The translations under genes were made by a program, and so were the position numbers. 64,000 bases of DNA from Eledone cirrhosa. Taxonomy: Eukaryota. The stretch is from the NCBI GenBank assembly GCA_964016885.1, contig OZ024759.1, positions 21,886,001 to 21,950,000 on the forward strand, given 5' to 3'. Shown in pieces: positions 14,832-27,430 of this stretch. Below the pieces are notes generated by a model that worked only from the letters and a program-made list of their open reading frames with translations, did no database searches and was not told the DNA's origin. Each line of letters starts with the position of its first letter. Position 1 is the first letter of the stretch.

Positions 14832-15465
14832 TGTGTGTGTGGCACACAGGTACAGACATTCAGTCTGACACATATACACTGAAAAATATTGAATCTAAAA
14901 CACTGAATACTATTTTTTTTTTAAAACACAGAAAACATTAGAAAAATAACAATCATCATCACCATCACCATCACCATCACCATTATTATTATTATCATTA
15001 ATATTATAGCAAGAAGAAGAAGAATAGTAATGTGTAATTGGGAAGAAATAATACAGGTAGAGATAATAACAAAATGAAAGTCTACTTTTTGGCTTCTAAG
15101 CAAACCAGATTTTCATTCTAAGCTTGTTCGCAAATTAATCATCTTAAGTTGTCATGTCACTGGCCGTGTGGCAACACGTTCAGATAAATGAAGTCACCAC
15201 GTTCAGATAAATGAGGTTTAACAGAAACAATTTTGGAAATATGTCGTATTCAAAGGGCTAGTCTTGTCATGATGACTCTCCTCGAGAATTACGTCATGGG
15301 TACACGTGTTTGTACAATACTCAGCCACTTAAACAGTAGCTGTAATTTAAAGAGCCTACACGTCGCACATTGCCACGCTCAGTCTCCCTGAGAATTACAG
15401 TAAGTGTACATATGTATGTGGAATACTCGGTCACTTAAACTGTAATAAAATATTATCTCAAATAC

Positions 15466-16400
15466 CTTAATGATATGAGAGGTGGGTGAGATTGGACGGT
15501 AATTCACTGCAAGGGACTTGTTTCCCTTTTTGAAAACTGGGACAGAAGGTTTTCAGGAATATAGCCAGCATCCAGTGGGTTCTCCACAGATTAGCATGAG
15601 GAGATGCAAGTTGGTGTCGACACACCTTCAAGACACAAACAGGGAACCTATCGGGGCCTACAGCTGAATTGTGTTTAATTTTGTTTATTTCCACTAAGAC
15701 ATCAGGGGCACCAAACATGTCCGATATAATGTGTTGGGGATTAACCTCACTGATACAGCCCAGATCAGACTTAGCAGGATTGCTGAAACAGAGCAGTATT
15801 GTTTCTGCAGTATCTCGCCCATGGTTTTAGGATTATCTTGGAGAGTGCCGTTTTCATCAATTAGAGGGCCAACAGTGGAGACATTTTTGCAAATGAAAAG
15901 AACACTTTGGGATTGAGTTTGATTTTCTCGATGACCCATTTCTCCTCCGTTGTTCTTTGGTTATTGGTGATGGTCTTCATGCATTGTTGGAGGTTATATT
16001 CTTTTTATTTGAGCAGTGTGATAGCCGTCTAATGTGTGTGTTGCTGTTGGCAGTATTTTACATTGTTAATTTTTTTGTTTGTTCTTTTTATTTTGCTGAT
16101 AATAGTTTTTTGTGAAATTCCTCACTTCAGCTTCCAAGTGGGAGTTGTTGAGATGGGTCTCAGTAAGCATGAAGAAAGAGATGTGGTGTGGATGGTTACC
16201 AACCCAATCCTGAATGAATTAGACCTTCCATTTTTGAGCATTGATAGAAGGGCTGACACCTTCCATCTTGAGTACAAATGTAGTCTAGTGTAGTGGCTGT
16301 GGTGCACTGCGGTAATAACATAGGATGGTGTTGTGTGATAGCTAGAAGGTTTTTTTTGTATCTCTTTTGCCAGGTTCATCATGGCTAAAAAAGAGTTTTC
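15466..16400 (-). mobile_element. Degenerate CR1-like LINE ORF2 fragment
   Basis: VGPLIDENGTLQDNPKTMGEILQKQYCSV; INKIKHNSAVGPDRFPVCVLK.CRHQLASP..NLWR; in a shifted frame PVFKKGNKSLAVNYRPISPTSHIIK (RT N-terminal NYRPIS motif). The upstream boundary is approximate. Confidence 0.78.
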
Positions 16401-16554
16401 CTGCTTAGGAAGCAGTTTTTGACTGGAATTGTGGTTGCACTGTTGGATAGTCTTTGTGAAAAGACTGGACCAGCATTACTGCAGCAGGGAGTGTTTTAAC
16501 AGTGGTTTATGTGTTGGCTTGGAGCCCCCTTTCTGTTAGTATATATATATAAAC

Positions 16555-16587
<33 letters not shown>

Positions 16588-17525
16588 ATATATATTATAT
16601 ATTATATATATATTACATATATATATTATATATATAGTTTAAATAACATTAAATATATAAATAATAAAAACAGTTATTTAATCTGTAAATGTCACAGTTA
16701 AACATATTTCTTCTTTATTAGTTTTATATATTTCTATTAAATATATTTCTGAGAAAATTTTAAGTTTCAGGCACCGCAAGTGTGTTAAATGGCAGATGTC
16801 TTAGTTTATTTTATTTTACATATTACTGTGATTCAATAAAAAAAATTAACTCTAATTTTGCATGCAAGTGAACACGAGCAGAATGTCATGTATAAATGTA
16901 TAACAAACCCTAGATACAAAACAATGTTTCTTCACGGGTTAAATGCTCCAGCTTCATCGTCGTTTTTTTTTTTCATTTCATTTCATTTCCAACTGAAGCC
17001 CAAATATTCTCCGGATCCATATCTAATCTTTAATATTATATTTCAAACGTGAACTTCACCAGTTCAGTCTGTTACTGTTGAGCTGCAGGAGAGAGGCAGG
17101 AGGTCGGGGGGCTGCTTGTTAGTTAGAATCTATAATGGCTCAGATTTCGTCTTTTTTTTATATTATTTAGTAACAAATGGATTTCATCGATTTCCTTTAG
17201 AGCTTTAGAGACCTACCAAGCACAAAGCTTACGCCATTATACATATACATATACATATATATATATAACAGTGTAAGTTCAAATTACCCAGCGCTTCAAT
17301 ATCCAGCGTTAAACAGAATATATATATAGTCTTTTGAATATATAGGAATCTATAGGAATATATAGGAATCCCAAACGCAGCTTATAGCTTTAACAACAGT
17401 CGATTTTCTAAACTATTATTTATAGCAATATACTATTGTTACAGCTGTATTCTGTGTTTGACTTTCCTACATTTCCCAAGGAATTTCAAATTACCCAGTG
17501 CTTCAATGGTTTATACAGAATATTA

Positions 17526-17567
<42 letters not shown>

Positions 17568-17568
17568 T

Positions 17569-17607
<39 letters not shown>

Positions 17608-17674
17608 TATACATATATATATATATACATATATACATATATATATATACATATATATATATATACATATATAT

Positions 17675-17705
<31 letters not shown>

Positions 17706-17761
17706 CATATATATACATATATACATATATACATATATATACATATATACATATATATACA

Positions 17762-17795
<34 letters not shown>

Positions 17796-18158
17796 CATAT
17801 ATATATACATATATATATATACATATATATATACATATATATATATATACATATATATACATATATACATATATATACATATATACATATATATACATAT
17901 ATATATATATATACATACATATATATACATATATACATATATATACATATATACATATATATACATATATATACATATATATATATATACATATATATAC
18001 ATATATATACATATACATATATATACATATATATATATACATATATATACATATATATACATATACATATATATACATATATATATATATATATACATAT
18101 ATATACATATATATACATATATATACATATATATACATATATATATATATACATATAC

Positions 18159-18206
<48 letters not shown>

Positions 18207-18227
18207 ACATATACATACATATACATA

Positions 18228-18269
<42 letters not shown>

Positions 18270-18306
18270 CATATACATACATATATATACATATACATAT
18301 ACATAC

Positions 18307-18370
<64 letters not shown>

Positions 18371-19062
18371 TAATAAATAAACAGAGAATAAAAAACAGAA
18401 AAACTAAGAGGCAGTACAAATGACATTAGTATTAGTTTCACGTTTGAGAGTGGGGGGATATATATATATATGAAATTAAAAAAGTGACAAACACAGAGAT
18501 ACAAAAACAATTAATTGTCTTAGTTTCACGCTTTGGGTAAAAGAGAGAAAAAAAGTTCGACTTATCGGACGTTAGTCTTTCATCAGAGTACAATAGTTCA
18601 GATATTAGAAAATACAATAATAGAAAAACGGGGACATGTGAGTGTGTGTTTTTAATTTTGTTGTGTGTATCACCGTATATGTCGGTGGAATGGTCTATAC
18701 ATTATGAGTGTGTGTGTGTTTCATTGTAGAGCAGCTTGTTGACTTAGTTTAGTTACACAACAATGGAAAGTTTTATGAGAGCTAACCACGAGACAATGCG
18801 AAGGCCCCTGGTTTTGTGTTTAGGATATTCATCTAACAATTCTAAGGCTGCGAGTTCAATTCCCGGACCGGGAAGCAGGTTGTTGTCTGAGTAAGACTAT
18901 TTATTTCACGTTGCCCCAGTCCACTCAGCTGGGGAAAAAGTTGTACTGGTAATTCAAATAATAAAAAAATTGGAGGGATTTAATAATACAACTTTTTTAT
19001 TATTTTGCTTTCTTTATTATTTTACATTCTTACAAAAAATTAGAAAAATATGAATAATCTAA

Positions 19063-19497
19063 CCCTTCATTACCATATTTCTAATGAAAGACATTGCTTA
19101 TGGTTTTCAAAGAATTTGGAAAACAATCAGAAATTTGGAGAGATTTAGTATGATAACTAATTTTCTCATTATTGTGCTGGTGTTTGAAATATAACTTAAC
19201 AAAGGTTCTTATATAAAATTATGACGGACGGTTAAATATAAACACTTTGATCCTTTCATTACCATATTTCTAATGAAAGATATTGCCTAAAATTTACAAA
19301 TAATAAAAAAAATAAAATTTGGAGGAATTTAGTTATATAACTAACTTTCCCATTATTAAGTTGGTGTTTGGAACACAACTTAAGAAAGGTTCTTAGATAA
19401 AAATTATGATAAACTTCAACCCTTTCGTTACCATATTTTCGAAATTGCTTGAAAATCATACGTAATGTCTTTTACTAGAAATATGGTAATGGAAGGG
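19063..19497. mobile_element. Degenerate piggyBac-like MITE
   Basis: Left-end motif CCCTT(T)C(A/G)TTACCATATTT occurs three times (about 19063, 19252, 19420); inverted right end AAATATGGTAATGGAAGGG-TTAA. Confidence 0.55.
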
Positions 19498-20821
19498 TTA
19501 AGGAAACAGGGGATGTTAAATCTAATACACTTTCATCTATATGCTTTATCAAGGTTAAAATTTATTCAATATACTATCAACCAAATATTTCCTATATAAT
19601 AAAATAATAATAATAATAATTAAAACAAAATGAAAAATATGGAAATCAATATGTGTCTTTTGTATTTTAGTTTCACTGAAAATCTTTTCCCTCCTTCAAC
19701 AAATCTCTAAAATTAAAAGCGAATTACCATTATCAAGATTGTAAAATAGAATCAGGTTAGATCAATATTTCTCCTTTATGTAGTTTTTCTATTTTTATAA
19801 AGTGTTAAAAATCCACCTGGGAAAGTCACTTAGTAAAACAGCATTGAACTTTTCTTTGAGTCGAGATAAGAGTTCAGTTCAGTTTTCCTGGTGTATTAGT
19901 TTAAATCATTTCTCTATCTTGGAATATGTGAGGCCAGCGCATGGCTTAGTGGTTAGAGGGTTGCATTCATAATTGAGAAATTTTTAGTTTGATTCCAGGG
20001 CCGGTACGGGTGATGTGTTATGTCCTTCAGCAAGACACTTTATTTCACGTTGCTCTTTCTGCCAAGAGATGTGACCGGTAGATAGTGTTAGCAATTGGAA
20101 AGACCGATAGAAACATCGTCTCCAATTTCGTGGTCCAATTTGACGAGTGCCACCTCACCCGGTAAGTGAGTGAGGTCTGGGATCTTGTCGATTCCGATTA
20201 TGGAACTTCGGTCATTTCAAAGGATATGTAAACAGAGAATTTAAAAGTTCCAGCATTAAAAAGAAACAACAAAAACCTTCCTAGACAGTGAGTGTTCCAG
20301 TCGTTTGAACAACGAAACAGTCTGCTCGTGAAATTATCGAGCAAGTATCTTGGTATTCCTTAGATACGAGTACCTTTAACGTAATTCTCAGGGAGATTCA
20401 GTGAGATACAGTGTGTGACAAAGGTGGTCCTTTAAATTACAATTACACAGAGCATACAAAAACGTATTTAAATTCACCGCCCTCATAATAATTATTATGG
20501 TTTCTGATTTTGGCACAAGGCCAACAATTTGGGGGGAAAGTAGAAGTCGATTAAAGTGACACCAGTGCGTTACTGGTACTTTATTTTATCGACCTCCGTA
20601 AAGATGAAAGGCAAAGCTAACCCCGGATGGATTTGAACTCAGAGCGTAGAAAGTTGTAATTAGATAACGCAAAGCATTTTGCTCGACGTTCTACCTATTC
20701 TGCCAATCCACTGCTCTAGGTATAAATATAATAAATCAATTTTGGGGTGTACTCTTTGTCCTGTAAGAATATATCTCAAAATATCACATATATGAATAAT
20801 ATAACAGTTTATGGTACCTAC

Positions 20822-21281
20822 CTTTTGTCCTGTGTTTATGGTAGACTCCAGCAGCAGTTATTAAGGTATCCGGAAGTAAAAGGCAGAGAGCTGCCATAAG
20901 ATGGAGTGTCTGAGCAAGAGGACAAAAATGTCGCCAGATTCGGCGTATAAAGGTAAAATGTACCGGCCGAAACACAGTCTCCATGTTGGAGTTTAGAGCA
21001 TGATCACGACCAAGCTTCACTCCATCGTTGGCATAGTTACCCGTACGGAAAATACAGGCCAATATAAAGAGAGGTACACAGAGTATTGATACAATAACTA
21101 GAATTAACTGAGCTGTTAGTTCGGCTGGAGGAATTAAAGAAGCCCGCCATTGTGCTTGTCTTAATACCAGGTAGCGCTGTATTTCTCGATAGGTGATGTA
21201 ACTCTGAAAACCTATCACTACTAAACAATACCATATTGACCATAAGGAATTTAAAACGGAACTTTTTACAAATGTTTCCAT
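20822..21281 (-). CDS. tinc: Coding exon of a Tincar-family multi-pass membrane protein (N-terminal region, about 153 codons)
   Basis: Translation METFVKSSVLNSLWSIWYCLVV...AELTAQLILVIVSILCVPLFILACIFRTGNYANDGVKLG...IWRHFCPLAQTLHLMAALCLLLP carries motifs I recall from Drosophila Tincar (LNSLWSIWY, GNLANDGIKL, ALCLLLP) in the same order, with hydrophobic TM segments. Donor AAAG|GTAGGT at 20821 (phase 1). The start codon and 5' boundary are uncertain. Confidence 0.88.
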
Positions 21282-21604
21282 AGCGACAAAAAAAAAATAA
21301 TGAAAGAAAAAATGAAAATTTCGTTAAAGTATGTGTGGATATTTTAAAGTCTGTATTATATAAGAAAATATTACTCAAAACCTAGTCCCCTTTTTAATAT
21401 ACATTGTATTATTATTATTAACTTTTGTTAAAATATTTTACTGTTATCATTACCAATTATTGCAATTGATATTATTGTTATATTACTGCCTCCTCTAAGT
21501 TGTTGTCCCTTTTCCTTTATTAGATCTAAACCCCACTTTGTGGTGTTTTATGTCCTTGTATTGTCCCCAAAGTCGTGCACCCTTGTGGCCGATAAGAGAA
21601 ATCA

Positions 21605-21638
<34 letters not shown>

Positions 21639-21743
21639 CAAACATATTTGATTATTTTCATCTATTTGTGTGAATCCAGGTGAAGGAAAGGATAGGAAAG
21701 TAAAATATGAAGAAATATTCCAAACAGTAAGCTACTAAATTAC

Positions 21744-21952
21744 TCCAGTTCTGCAGACGTAATTCAATGGGATCTCTTCATGTATCGCAGACGCGGCCAT
21801 ATTTTCTGGAAAGTAAGAGTGACTAATGCAGGAGTATAACTGTGTGGAAGAGAAAGAAGAAGAAGAGGTGGTGGTGGTGGTGGTGGTGGTGGTATTATCC
21901 AATATGAACGGTGATTCCTTGACTTTGGTAACAGCCGTCTTCATCTCTAGCA
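21744..21952 (-). other. Candidate upstream (5'UTR or N-terminal) exon of the tincar-like gene
   Basis: Strong minus-strand acceptor CTTTTCCTATTTCTTCTTCTTTTTCTAG| at 21953 and a possible donor GGA|GTAATT at 21743. The frame MKTAVTKVKESPF...YVCRTG is open, but I could not join it in frame to the conserved exon. Confidence 0.35.
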
Positions 21953-22461
21953 CTAGAAAAAGAAGAAGAAATAGGAAAAGATAAATATTGTAATCTCAAG
22001 CATTTTAAGACCACTTAAGATTAAACATCGTAATTTTTGTTGTTGCCAACAAAACTAAACCAAAGAAATATCAATTATCGTCAACGAAATAATAATAATT
22101 ATTATAAATGGTTTCAGATTTAGGCACAAGACCAACAATTTTGGGGAGGGGAAAGTCAATTAAACCGACCCCAGTGCATTACTGGTACTTTATTTTGTCG
22201 ACCCCCGTAAAGATGAAAGGCAAAGTTAACCTCAGTGGGATTTGAACACAGAATATAAAGGGCCGTAACTCTATACCATAAGGCATGTTGTTCCATGCTC
22301 TACCGATACTGTCAATCCACCGCCCTGACAACGAAAATAATAATAATAATAATTATAGTGGTTTCTGGTTTAGGCACAAGGCCAACTGTTTGAAGGGAGA
22401 GGGAAAGTCGATTAAATCTCCCCAGTACGTTACTGGTGCTTTATTTTATCGACTCTGTAAG

Positions 22462-22627
22462 CAGTGCCGGATTTAGGACAAATGAGGCCGCGTGCTAGTT
22501 ATGAGGCCCCTTTACATTTGAAAAATTCATAGTAAAACATTTTTTGGGAAAGGAAAATCCCCCAACCCCCTGACCAACGGGGCCCTGTGCTTAAGCACAC
22601 CTAAACAGAATGGTAAATCCGGCAGTA
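22462..22627. mobile_element. hAT-type MITE nested in a SINE
   Basis: TIR CAGTGCCGGATTTA / TAAATCCGGCAGTA; 8-bp TSD TCTGTAAG / GCTGTAAG. The SINE sequence resumes (GATGAAAGGCAAA) right after it. Confidence 0.8.
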
Positions 22628-23058
22628 GCTGTAAGGATGAAAGGCAAAATTAATCTTGACGGGATTTAAAATCAGAACGTAAAGGGCCGTAACTAAATAC
22701 GACTCTCTAACGATTTTGCCAAGGCCACCTAGTGGTGAACTGGTGAAGCTATATCTCCACCCCGATATTGAATGATGTCTTTGTCGTTACTGCTCTGCAG
22801 CAGCAGGAGTATCAGCAGCAGGCAACGGCGTTGTTGTTGTTTTAACAATAACTGCCTTTGTCCTTCTTAAATACTTTAACATGCGCCTAATATTTCATAT
22901 CCATTCTTTCGTCAGTTTAGTGGGAATGTTTTCATGATAAACTCCAAACATTATTAGAACTGTCATCATTGAATAAACAACTTCAACGCCCCGCCCCGCA
23001 TTATTTTCTTGGCCTCAGAAAGAACTAGAAACGAATTCAGTAACGACAAAAGAGTGGG

Positions 23059-23106
<48 letters not shown>

Positions 23107-23354
23107 CAGACATATACACACATGTGTGTGTGTATGTGTGTGTGGTGTGTGTGTGTGTAAAACAACTCCACCCATTTTGGGGTGTTAATGGTGTTTTTAG
23201 ATCTGTGGAAATGGTGATACAAGACTCTGAATAACAACAGTCAACAGGCTGCAGAAAAATGGAACACTGCGAAGACAATATTCCCAATGATGCATTCACA
23301 ATTCTGTCAGCTGGGATCACGAAGCAACAGCTACCTGAGATTTTCTAGAGGACA

Positions 23355-23925
23355 TTTAACACCCTGTAATGTGTCTATGCTAGTACCACAACAAAATTGC
23401 ACCCAGTACACCCTGTAAATTGTCCATGCTGGTACCACAACAGAAACGCACCCAGTTCACCCTGTAAGGTAACTGTGCTGCTATCACGATGAAAAAAAGC
23501 ATCCCGTTGAACCTCTAAAGTGGTAATGCTAGAGCCACAATAAAAAACCACCCAGTTCACACTGTAAGGTGGAAGTGCTGTTTCCACGACGAAAAGCTCC
23601 CAGTCTACCCTGTAAGGTGTTCATGCCAGTGCCATGATGAAAAGCATCTACACCATGATGTAAGGTGGTAATGCCAATACAATGATAAAAAGCACCCAGT
23701 CTAACCTGTAAAGTGCTAATGCTACTGCAATAATAAAAAGCATCTAGTCCACGCTGTCAAGTGGTAATTCTAGCGCCATGATAAAAACCACTCAGTCCAC
23801 CCTGTAAGGTGGTAATGCTGGTGCCATGACAAAAATGACTCACCCATCCTTAAAGTGGTAGCACAGAGGTGCCACGATAAAAAAAAATCCCAGTCCACTC
23901 TATAAGGGGGGTAACGCTAATGACT
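23355..23925. repeat. Degenerate ~49-bp minisatellite
   Basis: Unit approximately AAAAGCACCCAGTCCACCCTGTAAGGTGGTAATGCTAGTGCCACGAT. Confidence 0.8.
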
Positions 23926-24219
23926 ATGAACTTTTCAACCTATGAACTGTTCAGCCTCCCCTCGAATGTGACACACATTCTTCTCAAATAGTTCAATCTA
24001 ATTTCTGCGGTTATAAAATTGAATAACTCAGAAGATATTAAACGAGTTAGAAAATGTTAAGTTAATTTTATTTTCTTCATTAAATTACTCTTATGTATGT
24101 AAATCTAATTAATACAAAATAACAAAAACAAACTGAATCGTTTGTTAAACTCTGACAACTATTGTGTCAATATTTGTTTATATAAACATAGTGTCTGCTC
24201 TGACGTATTTATGTTTATA

Positions 24220-24515
24220 CGAGGGTGAGCTAAAAACTTCATAGGCTGATTAGGAAGGAGTGGTGCTAGAGCTGTGAAATCTTGCATGCATTAATTTCAA
24301 ATCTTCTTATTAGTAACTACATTGCTTCTTTCCAAGGACTATGTTGAAAAATAAACCTCATTTGGTCATTCCATCAGAGTATCTTGGTCATAAACTGACT
24401 ACGAAGCAGTGACGCTGGATCTGTGAAATCTTGTATGCATTAATTTCAACTCTTCTTATTAATAACTGCATCGTTTCTTTCCATTTCAGCCTATAAACAT
24501 TTCAGCCGACACTCG
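24220..24515. mobile_element. Mariner-type MITE with internal duplication
   Basis: TA-CGAGGGTGAGCTAAAAACTTCATAGGCTGA...TCAGCCTATAAACATTTCAGCCGACACTCG-TA. The internal block CTGTGAAATCTTG(C/T)ATGCATTAATTTCAA occurs twice. Confidence 0.8.
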
Positions 24516-24869
24516 TACATCTTTAATCAGTAATTTGAAGAATGGGTTTCTGTGATGTGTGTATAAGTTATGTGCGTATATATAAGTGATGTGTGTATGT
24601 GTATATACAATTGTTTGAATGATGTGGACAGTAAAATAGAAAGACGCAAAGAAGAGCAAATAATTTAGTGATGTTTATTTTCGTAATTTTAAAAATAACT
24701 AAAACACTCTCAAATGTAATTAGAATTTTAAATAAATAAGAAAAGGTATGTGTTTTGTTTTTGTTTGTTTTTTGTTCTCAAAAGCAAAATCAGTTCAATA
24801 ATCCTCGATTGAATGTGAAGACTTTGTTATAATTAGTATTGTGGATTAATGTATACATCGTCATTATAG

Positions 24870-24934
<65 letters not shown>

Positions 24935-25084
24935 TCTATATATATATATGTATGTGTGTATATATATATATATATATGTATGTATATATATACATATATA
25001 TATATATGAGGAAAGACTGTGCACTGAGCCAATCCCACTCTCTGAGACACAGTAGCTATAACCCGAAAAGAAGAAAAGATCAAC

Positions 25085-25247
25085 ATCATCGGTAACTACT
25101 GAGCCGCAGGTTTTATGTCGGAGTTAACCCAGTTTCCTGAGATGCCTTCTCCTAGAAGAATGCCCTGACAAGGGCTAGGGGTTCTTCACTCTCAGTCGTT
25201 TAACTGCGCGATCGGGCATCCAGCCCGATTATTTCTATGTCCCCGCG
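25085..25247 (-). mobile_element. Probable RTE 5'UTR-like remnant
   Basis: Minus strand CTAGCCCTTGTCAGGGCATTCTTCTAGGAGAAGG...ACTCCGACATAAAACC resembles the CTAGGAGAAGG...CTCTGA..TAAACC motif I recall from RTE 5' ends. Confidence 0.4.
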
Positions 25248-25412
25248 CAAAAAAAAACAAAAAAACTCACTTATTGACACTTATACGTACGACATACACA
25301 CACGCGCATACATATGCGCGCACACACACGCATACATACGCGCGCACACAGCAACACTCATACAAACAAACACACACACGCTACTCACTTACACACACAC
25401 ATATATATGTGT

Positions 25413-26378
25413 GTTCTCTTGTCTTCTTTATGCCTGCGAGACCTGGGTCACATATCGACACCACCTTAAATAATTGGAGCGTTTCCATCAGATGTGTCTC
25501 AGACGGATCCATGGCGTTCACTGGAGGGACCACATCAGTGATATCGAGATTTTGGAAAGCTCTATGTGTGACAGTATAGAAACTCTTGTGCTTAAGCAAC
25601 TACTCCGTTGGAGTGGTCACCTTGCCAGGATGAAGGATTCTAGAATACCAAAACAACTCTTTTATGGAGAGTTGGTTAAAGGAAAACGACCGCCACATAA
25701 ACCAAAAAAGAGGTATAAGGATTCCTTGAAAGCCTCTTTGAAGAACGCTAACATCTCTGCTGATCGTAATAAATGGAGAAAGACTGTATATGAGGGAAAA
25801 GTTGCCTTTGAGGCATCTCGAATCGCATACGAGAAAGTAAAGCGGGATGTGAGGAAGGGCATTGCTGTTGCACTTCTAGACGGCGAGGGTCCTCATATGG
25901 TGCTGACATGCAGCGTCTAAGCAAAGCTGGACTCGAAAGTCATCTTCGCAGTGATAAAGTAAAACCAGTGGTTGACTACCAGGCTGCTGTTGGAGATGCT
26001 AGTCATCATGCTTGCCAAACATGTGGTAGAGAATGTAAATCAGCAGGAGGGCTCAAGCGACATGCAAAAGTACATGAACTCCAACCACAGCCGACTATTC
26101 CCAGTGAATGTTTTGGTTGCCGACTCTGTGCAAGACATTTTAGATCATTGGCTGGGCTAAAAAGCCACATTCGATCGCAGCGCTGTTAGTTGGTATCGTG
26201 TGTGTGTGTATGGGTATGTTTGTGTGTGTGCGTGTATGTGTATATATATATGTATATGTATATTATTATTGTTGTTCTCGTTATTATTATTGTTGTTATT
26301 ATTATTATTATTATTATTGTTATTAATGTATATGTGTGTGTGTACATATGTATGTGTGTGTGTATATGTGTATATGTA

Positions 26379-26409
<31 letters not shown>

Positions 26410-26507
26410 TTCTTTTTTTATTTTTATTTTATTTTTTATTTATTTATTAATTTTTTTTTTCTCCTCGTGCAATGGCCATACTCGATAACGAGGGGGCAGC
26501 CATCATC

Positions 26508-26508
<1 letters not shown>
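25413..26508 (+). mobile_element. 5'-truncated RTE-clade (BovB-like) LINE with C-terminal C2H2 fingers and 3'UTR
   Basis: LLYACETW..YRHH..LERFHQMCLRRI..WRDHI...LRWSGHLARMKDSRIPKQLFYGEL..GKR..HKPKKRYKDSLK, then CxxC...HxxxH-type motifs. The 3' terminus TCGTGCAATGGCCATACTCGATAACGAGGGGGCAGCCATCAT is shared with the copy at about 4345-4800. Confidence 0.9.
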
Positions 26509-26573
<65 letters not shown>

Positions 26574-27295
26574 ATGAAAAGGATTCATGGAGCAATCAAC
26601 TTCCACCACCACCACCTCCTCTACCATCAATAACAACGCCACCAAAACCAACACCACCACCAAAACCACCACCACCACCAAGACCGACGGCAACGCCACT
26701 ACTACTATCATTAACACCACCACCATCACTACTACAACTAACATCACCACCTCCTTCTCCCAGTTTTAATTCCAATAGATTATTTATTACAAATCCTTTT
26801 AGCCTTTCATCAATTCCGATGAAGGAAATGATGGAGTTGATAGGATCAACTGTATGGCGATCCTCCAGCATGACCTCGGTCTAATAACTCTAAATAAATA
26901 AATAAAAAGCTGAGAAAACTTATTTCAACTATATATATACGTGTATATTTATCTTTATCTAACACACACACAGACACACAGACACACAAACACACGCGCA
27001 CGCAGACAGAAACACACACAGAGACAGAAACACACACAAAAAATCCAGATTGACATGCCCGATAGTCATTAGCAACCTGTGTCACACACAGACAGACAAA
27101 CGCATATACAAACACACACATACGCACGCATCAAATCCAGATTGATATGGCCGCTAACCATTACCAACCTGTGTATGTGTAGCTTTAAAGAGGAAGAAAT
27201 ATAAAACTGAAGATAAGACTCTTGTCTCTATTGAGGATAAATTCACAGTAAAAGTGAAACGTTTGTAACCACCATTAGAGAATATATATTTGTCA

Positions 27296-27430
27296 GGGTA
27301 ATTTCCCCAAGGCAATTTTCCCAGAGCAATTTCCCCAAGACAATTTTCCCAGAGCAATTTTCCCAGAGCAATTTTCCCAGAGCAATTTCCCAGAGCAATT
27401 TCGCAAGGGCAATTTCCCCAAGGCAATGTT
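27296..27430. repeat. ~15-bp tandem repeat
   Basis: GCAATTTTCCCAGA(G) about 9 times. Confidence 0.85.

Noticed and set aside
25908-26189. Stand-alone C2H2 zinc-finger gene
   Set aside because: Contiguous with LINE RT C-terminus and present in three dispersed truncated copies.
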